Shown piece by piece: positions 1 through 12,514 of a DNA stretch of 64,000 nt. Each line of letters begins with the position of its first letter. Position 1 is the first letter of the stretch. The stretch covers positions 62,001 through 126,000 of the forward strand of contig NIVC01002611.1 of the NCBI GenBank assembly GCA_002269645.1, read 5' to 3'. The position numbers were made by a program, and so were the translations under genes. The notes below the pieces were generated by a model. That model was not told the origin of the DNA. It saw only the letters and a program-made list of their open reading frames with translations, and searched no databases. Source of the stretch: Macrostomum lignano. Lineage: Eukaryota.

Positions 1-2574
1 GTCACTGGACTGTCTGGAAGCCGGCCTATTTAATATTATAATATAGCAATGAAATATACACTACTTTATAGCCAAGAACTTTTTCAAAGTCAAATATTTT
101 TTAAATGGCCAATACAATATTAGCATTATAGCCTACTTTATAGCAATATCTGGTTATTTTTTCTAATTAGGTCTAAACCTAGAATTGCACTCACTCTTAG
201 TCTCTCTTACTCTCTAGAATAAAAACTGATATTTTTTGCATATGACTATATGGGAAGCAAAGGCTTAGGCCCTACTTTTTTCTACTCAACTCAACTCACT
301 CAACTACTAGGCCTACCACCTACCTACTACTCAACTTCTACCTGGCTAGGCCCACTGGGGCTGGCCTAGGCCTAGGAGTAGGAGTAGCCCCCCCCCCCTA
401 TACCAAGTGGCTAGATTACCTTTTAAACAACACAATTAACTTGACCTAAATAAACCAGACTTGTTAGTTCGTTTAATACCATAGTATTAGAATTTAGAAT
501 TAGAACCAATTATTTTATTAAAAAATCTAATTCAATGGTCTAATTCAATGCCTTATAGTAGTAAGCCTAGTTTAGGCATTTCATGTGTAGGCTTAGCCAC
601 ACAGCCTTCACCCCAGCTCAGTTTTAGAACTACATGGATTTTAGACCCTAGTTTCCTAGTTGCCGGCCAGCAGCACGCACGCACGTGCACTGCCTTCAGC
701 GAGTAGAAAGCATTTAAATTTAAGCTGCAAGGGCCTAGGCCTACCGTCATGATGCATGTCTAAAACTAACTAACAAGAAACCCACAGCAGAAAGATAGTC
801 CTGCAACAAGCTACTAAAACATGAATGCATTTATTGGCGCTAAAAAGTTAACTAGCTTTGTTGATATTGTAACAATCATTTTTCGATTAACCAGCAAGCT
901 GAGACAGCAACCAGCATGCTGTCATACCGTAAACAAAAAACTTAAATCGTGCTGTTTTCGTTAGTTTTAAGCAAACACGGGTGATAAACGAATAGCTACA
1001 CTTTACATATTAGAGGACAGAAAAGATCAAAGTAAGTTTATCATTGAGTCTTACTATGCAGTCGCAGTAGATTTGCGTAATACACAGTCTATGAAAAAAG
1101 TATTTGTTATATCTTTGTCTACGAGTCCGGTACTATTGAAGTAGCTCATAAGCAATTATTGCCTATGCGTGCCATGGATTTGTTTTGCAGATTTTAAGTT
1201 GTTAAATTTAAATTAAAATTTTCACGCAATGTCGTAGAAGAAAAAATAATTGGTCAATTAGCAAGTAAAAGTACACATATTACTAGCCGTAAAGAAAGCG
1301 CCGCGAGTGCGGTAAAGAAAACTTTTACAAGATAATAACCCTCGGACGCGAGACTTGCTAAGCTTCAAAAAAGGTTATGAAACTTTGAAATAGAAATATA
1401 CAATGCATTATTATTCTCACCAAGGTAGAGATTTGCGCATGCATAAATACTCTAAAGAACTTGTAATATTGGTTTAAGCACTGCATGATGCTCAAGAATG
1501 AAGCCTTAGAGGCTATCTCGACTGGCCGTAGCCCGAGGGAATTATTGTGATTAGATTTAATCATGCATATGTTGCCATCGCGCAGCAGAGATTTCTTTTC
1601 GCTATCTTGAGTTTTTTTCAGCTAGGACTGTTCAATTAATGCTGATTTCTGGCGATGCATTGTACATGTACGAGTAGTATAGAAATATGAATTCGAGTAT
1701 CGTCAAACAACTTCTAAGCTTAACTCAATCTCCCTATCTCCATAAAATGAGTTTTAAAATTATTCAATGCACAAAAGCATAGCGCCGCACAATAAAAGTA
1801 AAAGCGCGTTATTGCGTCATCTCGATTGCAGTTAAGTCTAGCAATAAAAAAAGAGAGCAAAACACAATAGCATTTAAGCATCAAATATACCAGTTTATAT
1901 GTAGGTGTCACAAACAGCATGCTATAAAAACATGCACGCACTGAATGAACCGCTCGTCATACTAATTGATATTGGTTGAGCGCTTTCTGTCGTAGCATTC
2001 TTTATATAAAAATTTACTTCGTACTTTTCCAACTAAAAACGACCAAAATAGTGCTAGAGAAAGCATACCGCTACATAATTGGGTTTTACATTGAAACAGA
2101 ACACAAACATAGGTACAAGAGCAGGAATAGAAGTCTGTTGTTAGCAGTCAAACAGTGTCGCGTTGATTTTCTAGCATCAAATACATATTTTGTTTGCATA
2201 TGTAATGAGAGTAAAAGACAAACAGATGCGTTATAGTGAGGCAGTAAAACCATAGCAACAGGATTAGAAAGTTTAGCGGAAAAAATGATACCAGAGTTAC
2301 ATTTGCTTGCAGATTTCCATGCACGGAGGACAAGAAAGCAGCACGCATGGCAAAAATCATAAATAATAAAATTTACCTACAGCAATTTACGCCTGGCCTC
2401 ACATCATCTCGCTGGGAAGCACATATCTGTTTGCAGGGGGGGGGGGCAATGGCCTGTGCCAGGTCAACCATTGCGTGCCTGGTAACTAGCAGCAGAAATA
2501 ACGCTAAAACAGAGAGAGACGCATCTTTGGGAATTTTAAGTTCTTATTTTGGAACTTTTTAACTAATTATCAAG

Positions 2575-2760
2575 CACTACTCAAAGTAGAAGTCCTTGGT
2601 AACCTCCTACGTGCATGTCCTGTGCCTAGACAAAATTGGAAACAACTGGACTCATTGGTTTTACGAATCTATTGTATCATTTTATTACGCAGTCATCATT
2701 AAGCTAAGAATGAGATTTTCCAAGAAACGTACGAGTTTAACGAGTCCTACTTGAGTAGTC
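2575..2760. mobile_element. Small TIR element (CACTACTCAA..GTAG ends), copy 1
   Basis: CACTACTCAAAGTAG at the left and CTACTTGAGTAGTC at the right; interior matches 25271-25581. Confidence 0.55.
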
Positions 2761-3524
2761 GTTGCTAATTACATTACTAAACAAAGACTTCCTACACAAA
2801 ATTCAGCATCAACTAAATTGTATTTAAAATCGCATTGTACTGAGGGGCGTATTACACCTCCTGAATGACCATTACTCATAATTAATCGAAAAGAATAAGA
2901 GCAGCAGAGAGAAAAAGAGCGGGTTAAAAAAAACGGACACAGGGCATGAAACCGGTATGCGGAGTCACAGTGACAGACACGCGCTGGCTACGCTTTTTTG
3001 GTTAGGTAAAGAATTCTATTAGCTATTTACAGGGAAAGGTGTTGGGCACTGCCAGCGAGCAAAACAGTTATAATATTAATATAAACATTTTAAGTATAAA
3101 TTATATATATAGTTATATATATATAAAACGCGACACAATCTGAATCGAGATACATATAAATTCAACCTGCTACTCAAAGGTATTTTTTTCTCATACTAAC
3201 AATAAAAAAGGACATCTGCAATTAAAACGACAATATATAAAACGTATAGAGATAGGCCAATTTATAAGCGTATATAAGCGTGTGTAGGTGACAAGTTTAT
3301 AGATATAAATAGACTCAACAAAATCCGTCCAGTTGTTAAGGTATTTTTTGTTCATTGGCTATTAGCAGGGAATGTCCGAGCCGATCCCGGGACCCCTAGC
3401 TCTTGCGGTCACTCGACTACTGCATACTGCAACTCCCACAGAAGAATTCCTCGTAGAAGTATTGGACCTTAGCAACCATAAATGTGACCCCTATAGCGAC
3501 AGAGAATTTCCATAGATATTAACC

Positions 3525-4020
3525 CGATAGCAACAGGGATTACCCATAGATGCGACCCCCATAGCAACAGGGATTACCCATAGATGCGACCCCCATAGCG
3601 ACAGGGATTACCCATAGATGCGACCCCCATAGCGACAGGGATTACCCATAGATGCGACCCCCATAGCGACAGGGATTACCCATAGATGCGACCCCCATAG
3701 CGACAGGGATTACCCATAGATGCGACCCCCATAGCAACAGGGATTACCCATAGATAAGACGGCCATAGCAACAGGGATTACCCATAGATAAGACGGCCAT
3801 AACAACGGGGATTACCCATAGATGCGACCCCATAGCGACAGGGATTACCCATAGATGTGACCCCCATAGCAACAGGGATTACCCATAGATGCGAACTCCA
3901 TAGCAACAGGGATTACCCATAGATAAGACGGCCATAGCAACAGGGATTACCCATAGATAAGACGGCCATAACAACAGGGAGTTTCCTCAATAGACGAAAC
4001 TACCTTAGCAACAGGGAATT
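3525..4020. repeat. 34-bp minisatellite
   Basis: Unit ~ATAGCGACAGGGATTACCCATAGATGCGACCCCC. Confidence 0.95.
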
Positions 4021-4952
4021 CCCCATGAGGCAACAGCATAGCAACAAGGAATTCTCTATAATCTCAATAGAAAAAGTTTACTCTCGGTGCGCTTTTATAA
4101 TTAACAACAGGTACAACTGGACTGAACTGTACGAGTCAAAAACGATCGAATCGAGACCCAAACTAGGAGAGTTCAAGCGAAAAGTTTCAAATGTTAAAGG
4201 TTAAAAAATACAGGAATCAAAGTAAAGAAGGAGCTCTTTTAAATAACTACTACAATTACATAATACAGACAATTTTGATAATGCATGACAACGCAAGAAG
4301 CACGGCGGAGTTGATGAGCGAATCGCAAGATTGGGGAAGGGGAACAGTCAGGAGGACCAACAAAGGAGCGGGTGCGTTTGAGACTTTTTAAACTACACCT
4401 GGCAATTAATTATCTGGTTATTTAATTAGAAACGCCTTTAATAAGTTGACTATTATTGTGTTGGGACTAATTAAAAAACAAGTTTTCTATTATCCAGTTG
4501 CGCCGTATATTTTTAATGTATTTTCCTTATGTTTCTACTATAAGTAAATTAGCTAACAAAACTTGATTTTTATTCTATTTTTTTACACTAAAGATTTTGC
4601 TGTTTCTACTGTAAGTAGAGTAGAAATGAATAATTATTATAATAAGAATATTTTTATAGCTATATCTAATTTACATGTAGAAACCGCACAGTATTCTACA
4701 AGTGTAACAGGCACCAGGGGATCAAATAGGGATTTCTCGACAGCTTAAGGCTCCAGCTAGAATTAAAAACATTTACAGTCAACTTTCAAAGATTAGTTAG
4801 CTGATACCGCAGATTTTTAATAAAATATGCTAACTAGTATTTATTTATAGTTAAAAATGTCCCATAGTCCTTGCGCGCTTGTAGGGGGGGACATAATTGC
4901 GGGTCCAGGTGGGTGTCGGGCGCAGAGAAGGAGACGGGGCACTGCTCAAAGA

Positions 4953-5264
4953 TCAGAAGGACTCGGCCGGATTAGGCTGGAACACCCTACTGCGGCGGAA
5001 CAGGTTGCTGGCTAGCCGGGCAGCCGGGCCGTGCTCCGATTGCGGCCGGCGCATCACCGGCGTGGCGGCAGCGGCGGCGGCGGCTGCGGTAGCGGCTGCG
5101 GCCTGCGAGCTCTGCGACAGCACCTGGGCAGCGTTTAGTAAGCCAGCGTCCGACAAACTCTGCGTCTCCCGATCGAAGTTGGCCAGCCTCTGCCTGTTGG
5201 CGTCTTCGACTTGCTGACGGATGGCTTCCACTCGCTTCTTGTGCTCCTGGTCGCCTTCGTCAAT
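4953..5264 (-). CDS. TAOK: TAO kinase last exon
   Basis: CACAG|IDEGDQEHKKRVEAIRQQ...LANFDRETQSL...PAESF-TGA; corresponds to the TAO C-terminal ...EIEAFDSES segment. Confidence 0.88.
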   Translation of the reverse strand: MDEGDQEHKKRVEAIRQQVEDANRQRLANFDRETQSLSDAGLLNAAQVLSQSSQAAAATAAAAAAAATPVMRRPQSEHGPAARLASNLFRRSRVFQPNPAESF

Positions 5265-5289
5265 CTGTGCGGATGCGGAGATGGAGCGG

Positions 5290-6430
5290 CCACTAAATTA
5301 GCCTAAAACTTGTCCTATGCCACTAAATTAGCCTAAACTCCCTCCTATGGCACTAAATAAGCCTAAAATCCCTCGTGTGACACTAAATTAGCCTAAAATC
5401 CCTCGTGTGCCACTAAATTAGCCTAAAACCTGTTCTGTGGCACTAAATTAGCCTAAAATCTGTCCTGTGCCACTAAATTAGCCTAAAATCTGTCCTTTGC
5501 CACTAAATTAGCCTAAAATCTGTCCTGTGCCACTAAATTAGCCTAAAATCTGTCCTGTGCCACTAAATTAGCCTAAAATCCCTCGTGTGACACTAAATTA
5601 GCCTAAAATCCCTCGTGTGCCACTAAATTAGCCTAAAACCTGTCCTGTGGCACTAAATTAGCCTAAAACCTGTCCTGTGGCACTAAATTAGCCTAAACCT
5701 GTCCTGTGCCACTAAATTAGCTTAAAATCGGTGTTGTGGCACTAAATTAGTTTAAAACGTGGCCTGTGGCACTAAATTAGCCTAAAACCTGTCCTGTGGC
5801 ACTAAATTAGCCTAAACCTGTCCTGTGCCACTAAATTAGCTTAAAATCGGTGTTGTGGCACTAAATTAGTTTAAAACGTGGCCTGTGGCACTAAATTAGC
5901 CTAAAACCTGTCCTGTGCCACTAAATTAGTCTAAAACCTCTCCTGTGCCACTAAATTAGTCTAAAACCTCTCCTGTGCCACTAAATTAGTCTAAAACCTC
6001 TCCTGTGGCACTAAATTAGCCTAAAATCTCTCCTGTGGCACTAAATTAGCCTAAAACCTGTCCTGTGGCACTAAATTAGCCTAAAACCTGTCCTGTGGCA
6101 CTAAATTAGCCAAAAATCTCTCATGTGGCACTAAATTAGCCTAAAATCTCTCCTGTGGCACTAAATTAGCCTAAAACCTCTTCTGTGGCACTAAATTAGC
6201 CTAAAATCTCTCCCGTGGCACTAAATTAGCCTAAAATCTCTCCTGTGGCACTAAATCAGCCTAAAATCTCTCCTGTGGCGCTAAATTAGCCTAAAACCTC
6301 TCGCGTGGCACTAAATTGACTTAAAATATGTTCTGTGGCACTAAATTAGCCTAAAATCGGTGCTGAGGCACTAAATTAGCCTAAAATCGGTGTTATGGCA
6401 CTAAATTAGTCTAAAACGTGGCCTGTGGCA
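5290..6430. repeat. 30-bp minisatellite filling a TAO intron
   Basis: Unit ~GCACTAAATTAGCCTAAAATCTCTCCTGTG. Confidence 0.97.
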
Positions 6431-6490
6431 TGTTACGGCTGAGCCAGACCTTAAAAACACGCTTAAGTCAGTAAGCACAGCAGCACTCAC

Positions 6491-6992
6491 GGATCGGTTC
6501 AGACAGGCGTATCTGGTCTCAATTTTGATCTGCAGTAGCTGGCGCTCCTTCTCCTGAGCCTGCAGCAGCGACATCTGCACTTTGCTCTGATAGGCGGCTA
6601 GAAGCTCTTTTTCTTCTTCTTGCCTGCGCTTGCACTCTACCAGCTCCTGCTGATGGTTAGTCTTGGTGTTGTCCGTGACCTTCTGCTTGAGGTCAATGAT
6701 AGACCAATTGTATTGCTCCTGCAGCGAGGTCAGCTTGGTCTCCTTGTCTGTACGAATTCTGCGCAACTCCTCGCGTTGTTCATCTTTCGGCCGCTGCGAC
6801 TGGGACACCTGCTTCTCCAGGTACTTGAATTGAGACTCCTGAATCTTCACCGTGTCCGTGTACTGCTTGCGAACGCTTTGAATGCGAAGCTTCAAATTCT
6901 TTGGCAGATTCTTGCTTTCCACCTGTTGCCGCCTGTTCAAGTCGTCTGTCTGCTTGCGGAAGAACTCGTCCTGATTGGTTCTCTCCATGTTG
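6491..6992 (-). CDS. TAOK: TAO kinase exon (coiled coil)
   Basis: Phase 2 in: HNMERTNQ...SKNLPKNLK...EEEKELLAAYQSK...CLNRS|GTGAGT. Confidence 0.93.
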
Positions 6993-7044
6993 CTGAGGGA
7001 ATGGAAAAGTACGGATTTGTATTAATTAATAACTAGCCGAGTTT

Positions 7045-7530
7045 GACAGGATAAGGAGGGGATAAAACTGGCAGGATGGGAAGGGGATAAAACTGGCAGG
7101 ATGGGAAGGGGATAAAACTGGCAGAATGGAAAGGGGATAAAACTGGCAGGATGGGAAGGGGATAAAACTGGCAGGATGGGAAGGGGATAAAACTGGCAGG
7201 ATGGAAAGGGGATAAAACTGGCAGGATGGGAAGGGGATAAAACTGGCAGGATGGAAAGGGGATAAAACTGGCAGGATGGGAAGGGGATAAAACTGGCAGG
7301 ATGGGAAGGGGATAAAACTGGCAGGATGGGAAGGGGATAAAACTGGCAGGATGGGAAGGGGATAAAACTGGCAGGATGGGAAGGGGATAAAACTGGCAGG
7401 ATGGGAAGGGGATAAAACTGGCAGGATGGGAAGGGGATAAAACTGGCAGGATGGGAAGGGGATAAAACTGGCAGGATGGGAAGGGGATAAAACTGGCAGG
7501 ATGGGAAGGGGATAAAACTGGCAGGATGGA
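7045..7530. repeat. 25-bp minisatellite in a TAO intron
   Basis: Unit AAGGGGATAAAACTGGCAGGATGGG. Confidence 0.97.
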
Positions 7531-7570
7531 AAGGCGGCAATACTGCAAATTCCCGTAGACTGCAACTCAC

Positions 7571-8136
7571 TGCTGCTCCCTCATTTGGTCGATCTTGAGC
7601 CTGTGCAAAGCAGACAGCTGTTCCTCTTCCATCTTTTTAATTCTCTCGTGATGCTCCATCAGCAGAGCATTCTGCATGTCCTTCTGCTGAGATCGCAGGG
7701 CTATATCGTGCTCAGCGGCCTCACGCTCAAACTGCAGCATAGTGAGCAGGCCGCGCCTCTTGCAGGCCCTCATCTGAGTTTCCAGATCGTACAGATCTTT
7801 CTTCTCGGTGGAGTCGCTCTGAGCCAGCCGGTCGGGCTTGCTCAACCGCTGGTCTTTGTCCAACTCTTTGCGTAGCGCCTTCATCCGGGCCTTCAATTCC
7901 GACTCCAACGTTCGCCTGAGTTTTTCTTCCTCTGAGGCCAGCTCCTTGGACAGGCGGTCCCGACTCTGTCCGGTCTGTTCGGCCAGTTTGTCCAAGGCCT
8001 TCTGGAAGCCGTCGCGCTGGGAGGTGTACACCCGATCCAACTGCTGCTTGATGGAATTCTCCTCGGCACGATTGGCGGCCTCGCGTTGTTTAACAATTTT
8101 CTGATGCTTCCGGCGCAGCTGCTTGTAGTTGCTCAT
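7571..8136 (-). CDS. TAOK: TAO kinase exon (coiled coil)
   Basis: CAG|MSNYKQLRRKHQK (TAO QMSGYKRMRRQHQK motif)...MREQ; donor GTGAG in phase 2. Confidence 0.93.
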
Positions 8137-8229
8137 CTGTTAGGGCAGGTATGGGGAGTCAAGCGCTTGTTGCCAGGCAAATATATTCTGCTGATCTAGA
8201 CTCCGCCGTTACTACTGTATGTAAATCAG

Positions 8230-8460
8230 CCCTATGAAAACGGTACCCAGGCCAAGAAGCGGCTCAGAGTCACTCGCAGGCAATAATACTACGCTTGAAA
8301 GCGATTCTTGGGCGACTCTTGGACGACCATTTGCGCAACTCACGTGATGCGCTCGCGACTCAAAAGTCACAAGAGTCGCTAGACTCAATGTGAGTTGTTT
8401 CACTAATAACTCTAGCGATTCTTGTCACGGTAACGAAGTCTCAACTTTCATATATCACGG
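8230..8460. mobile_element. Shorter relative of the 47798 element, in a TAO intron
   Basis: CCCTATGAAAACGGTACCCAGGCCAAGAAGCGG.CAGAGTCACT matches 47798 onward; GACTCTTGGA.GAC and CAACTCAC segments match ~48777-48830. Confidence 0.6.
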
Positions 8461-8654
8461 AAGCGATTGCAACCTCGAACTGCAGCTATTGACGCAATAT
8501 AATTTAACACTTAATAACACATGTCCGCTAAGATTGTCTGCGGTAAATCCTTTCTTGGCGCTGCGCCCAAGAAATGGAAATTATAGAAATTTATGGAAAA
8601 ATCACAGACTGGAGCTTATGTATCAGAGAAGCGGCACTCAATCAATCTACTGAC

Positions 8655-9526
8655 CTGCTCCCGAGCTGTAGCGTCCTGCAGATGCTCTCGCCGCTCCCTG
8701 TGCACAATATGACTACTCTTAATAGTAGGGAAAGCCGGTTGGCCGCGCGGCCCGCCCGGATGAGAAATCTGATAGGGCGACACTCCGCCCACAGTGGAAA
8801 TGGGCTGCTGCTGCTGCTGCTCCGCCAGGGTGCTCAAGGCCGGCGATGAGGCGGCCGGATTAGCCGAGGCAGACGCCGCGGCGGCCATCGCCGGCAGTGA
8901 GGTCGCCGATGAGGACGGCGTCGGCGGGTGATAAAGCGACGCTTGCTGCTGTCCACCGGGCTGCTGATAGGCGGACTGCGGCGCCGCGACGGCGGCAGCT
9001 GCGGCGCCGGTGGAGACCCCGGAGGCGCCGCGCTGATGCGTGGCAGTTGGCGAGCCGCCGGCCGGAGATCCGGCAACGACAGCGGCGACAGCGCTGGCCG
9101 AGCCAAGCGAGCCGTTCTCCTCGGACTCTTGCAGTTGCAAGTCCTCGGAGGCGAGGCTGTCCGAGTCCAATTCAATCTCCGGCCCGCCCGGACCCCCGGC
9201 GCCGATAAGAATTTTTCGGCCGCGTCGAAAATTCTGCGCCGTATTTGAGCTTTGAACTGCGCGAACGCTTCTGGCGATCAGGTCCAAGACTGTGCTAGCC
9301 GGCCGGTCCCGGGTCATGAACGGGTGTCCGAGTCCGGCCTCCGAGCTCATGCGTTCGGCCGGCGCAGTCTGTAGGCAGCGTTCAACGAATTGGCAAAAAT
9401 CGCGGCTCCATCTGTCCGGCTGCTGGAGGCGCGGCGGCGGGTCCTGGGGTATGTGGTACAGAGCCGACATGGCGTTCATGTGGAACAGCGGCGGCTTCGT
9501 CTCGGCCAGCTCGAGGGACGTGATGC
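8655..9526 (-). CDS. TAOK: TAO kinase exon (kinase C-lobe and long Ser/Ala/Gln-rich linker)
   Basis: GITSLELAETKPPLFHMNAMSALYHI...FPTIKSSHIV...EQ; phase 1 in, phase 0 out (donor GTCAGT). Confidence 0.95.
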
Positions 9527-9619
9527 CTGATTGATAGGTTAGCGGGTTAATGGGCATCGTTTGTTATTCAATTAATAAACTGCTTGATTAAAGCTATCAA
9601 TGCTTGATCTGAGAGGCTG

Positions 9620-10400
9620 ACACAGTAAATGAGGCTGGGGCTGACACAGCAACTGAGGATTCTGGGGTTGGCCCGGCAACTGAGGATCTGGGGTTGGCAC
9701 AGCAACTGAGGATCTGGGGTTGGCACAGCAACTGAGGATCTGGGGTTGGCACAGCAACTGAGGATCTGGGGTTGGCACAGCAACTGAGGATCTGGGGTTG
9801 GCACAGCAACTGAGGATCTGGGAGGCTGGCACAGCAACTGAGGATCTGGGATGGTGGCCAAGCAACTGAGAATCTGGGAGGCTGGCCAAGCAACTGAGAA
9901 TCTGGGGACTGGCCTAGCAACTGAGAATCTGGGGACTGGCCTAGCAACTGAGAATCTGGGGACTGGCCTAGCAACTGAGGATTCTGAGAGGCTGGTCCAG
10001 CAACTGAGGATCTGGGTTGGCCCGGCAACTGAGGATCTGGGGTTGGCACAGCAACTGAGGATCTGGGAGGCTGGTCCAGCAACTGAGGATCTGGGGTTGG
10101 CCCGGCAACTGAGGATCTGGGAGGCTGGCCCAGCAACTGAGGATCTGGGAGGCTGGTCTAGCAACTGAGGATCTGGGAGGCTGGTCCAGCAACTGAGGAT
10201 CTGGGGTTGGCCCGGCAACTGAGGATCTGGGGTTGGCACAGCAACTGAGGATCTGGGAGGCTGGTCTAGCAACTGAGGATCTGGGAGGCTGGTCTAGCAA
10301 CTGAGGATCTGGGAGGCTGACACAGCAACTGAGGATCTGGATGGTACAGCAACTGAGGCACAGAAACTGGCACAGCAACTGAGGATCTGGGAGGCTGGCG
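9620..10400. repeat. 26-27-bp minisatellite in a TAO intron
   Basis: Unit ~ACAGCAACTGAGGATCTGGGGTTGGC. Confidence 0.97.
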
Positions 10401-10460
10401 GTGGCCTAGCCTGAGGACTTGGTTGGTGGCTCAGTCACAATGGCAGCATTAGCGGCTTAC

Positions 10461-10788
10461 CAAGCGACCACATGTCGGTTTTGCCATCGTACACGCCGTC
10501 CTCCATGGCGGTGATGAGCTCCGGCGACATCCAGTAAGGCGTGCCAATGAAGCTGTTGGCGGGGGAGGCAAGCGAGGCGCTGCCGAAGTCCCCCAGCTTG
10601 ATGCAGCCGGACTCAGTCAGCAGTATGTTGCCAGCTTTCAAATCGCGATGAATGAAATTCATGCTGTGCAGGTAGGCCAGGCCTCGCAATGCGCCGTGAA
10701 TTATTGAAGCAATTTCGACTTCTTTTAATGGCGCTTTAAGCACTTCGATAATGTCGGATGCTGAGCCGAGGCAGTACTCCATCACGAG
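10461..10788 (-). CDS. TAOK: TAO kinase exon (HRD, DFG, activation loop)
   Basis: [12 protein letters not shown]...[45 protein letters not shown]...DMWSLG; CAG acceptor, GTAAG donor in phase 1. Confidence 0.97.
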
Positions 10789-10888
10789 CTGCATCAAGTG
10801 TAGGGAGAGACCTATTATAGACCTATCACTATTTTTACTCATACAGAGATAAAGTAGACACGTTAGAGACATGGCGCCCCACTCTTAC

Positions 10889-10990
10889 CCATGCCGTGTT
10901 GTTATTCAGGTGGGCGGAAATGTATCGCACGCAATTCTCGTGTCTGAGCTGTCTGATGAACTGCACTTCCTTCTTGATGTCGTCAAATTT
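10889..10990 (-). CDS. TAOK: TAO kinase exon (alphaC helix)
   Basis: CAG|KFDDIKKEVQFIRQLRHENCVRYISAHLNNNTAW|GTAAG; 102 bp. Confidence 0.92.
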
Positions 10991-11054
10991 CTGCGATTGA
11001 AAATCATACTTTTTGTAGCTGGGAAACGCTTCAAGATAATTTTACAGAGATCCA

Positions 11055-12060
11055 TATTAAGGGGCGATTCTCATTGAGAATCGATTCTCATTCTCATACA
11101 ATACCGAAATGGCGATTCTCAATGAGTATCATACCAAAATGGCGATTCTCATTGAGTATCATACCAAAATGGCGATTCTCAATGAGTATCATACCAAAAT
11201 GGCGATTCTCAATGAGTATCAATCAAAATGGCGATTCTCATTGAGTATCATACCAAAATGGCGATTCTCATTGAGTATCATACCAAAATGGCGATTCTCA
11301 TTGAGTATCATACCAAAATGGCGATTCTCATTGAGTATCATACCAAAATGGCGATTCTCATTGAGTATCATACCAAAATGGCGATTCTCATTGAGTATCA
11401 TACCAAAATGGCGATTCTCATTGAGTATCATATCAAAATGGCGATTCTTATTGAGTATCGTATCAAAATGGCGATTCTTATTGAGTATCATATCAAAATG
11501 GCGATTCTTATTGAGTATCGTATCAAAATGGCGATTCTTATTGAGTATCATATCAAGAGGCGATTCTCAATGAGTATCATATCAAAATGGCGATTCTCAA
11601 TGAGTATCATATCAAAATGGCGATTCTTATTGAGTATCATACCAAAATGGCGATTCTCATTGAGTATCATACCAAAATGGCGATTCTCATTGAGTATCAT
11701 ATCAAAATGGCGATTCTCATTGAGTATCGTATCAAGAGGCGATTCTCAATGAGTATCATATCAAGAGGCGATTCTCATTGAGTATCATATCAAGAGGCGA
11801 TTCTCATTGAGTATCATATCAAGAGGCGATTCTCATTGAGTATCGTATCAAGAGGCGATTCCCATTGAGTATCATATCAAGAGGCGATTCTCATTGAGTA
11901 TCATATCAAGAGGCGATTCTCATTGAGTATCGTATCAAAATGGCGATTCTTATTGAGTATCATATCAAGAGGCGATTCTCATTGAGTATCATATCAAGAG
12001 GCGATTCTCATTGAGTATCATATCAAAATGGCGATCAGAGGCGATTCTCATCAAGTATCA
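11055..12060. repeat. 29-30-bp minisatellite in a TAO intron
   Basis: Unit ~AAAATGGCGATTCTCATTGAGTATCATACC. Confidence 0.97.
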
Positions 12061-12124
12061 GGGGAGATTCTTAATAAAGGTGAGAATGGGATAAAAGTGA
12101 CAAAAAAGCTTTTATAAGACTTAC

Positions 12125-12196
12125 CTCGTCGCGATTTTTGCCAGCAAAGGACATCTTCTTGATGGCAACCACCTCTCCATTATTTTTGTATTTTGC
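12125..12196 (-). CDS. TAOK: TAO kinase exon (VAIK lysine)
   Basis: AG|AKYKNNGEVVAIKKMSFAGKNRDE|GTAAG; 72 bp, phase 0/0. Confidence 0.92.
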
Positions 12197-12385
12197 CTAG
12201 AAATTGTTTTAAAGGTAGTTTCATAAATTTCTGCTGACTCCTGAACATACGGTACTCAGGCACGAACTCACACACGCTCACACAGGGTGTACAGCAGCCC
12301 TGACTGTCTAATCGTCAGGCATGTGCACCCTCTGTGCCTTGGGGGTTGGCCTTCATGGCCAGTGCAGCAGGGCCCGGCAACTCAC

Positions 12386-12514
12386 GTGATAGACAGCACC
12401 AAAATTTCCATGGCCAATCTCTGACAGATCGGTGAACAGAGTCTCCGGATCGGCTGGGCTGAACAATCGCTTAGACGCCTCGTCCATTTGAGGCAGCTTC
12501 AGCCGAACTGCTGG
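12386..12514 (-). CDS. TAOK: TAO kinase, first identifiable coding exon (N-terminus and Gly-rich loop)
   Basis: Hand translation after acceptor tttttctag: [43 protein letters not shown], then donor GTGAGT. Matches TAO ...DPEKLFxDLREIGHGSFGAVY. 129 bp, phase 0/0. Confidence 0.9.

Noticed and set aside
7022-7570. Repeat ORFs in TAO introns (also 9568-10378 and 11109-11781)
   Set aside because: Intronic minisatellites between phase-consistent TAO exons.
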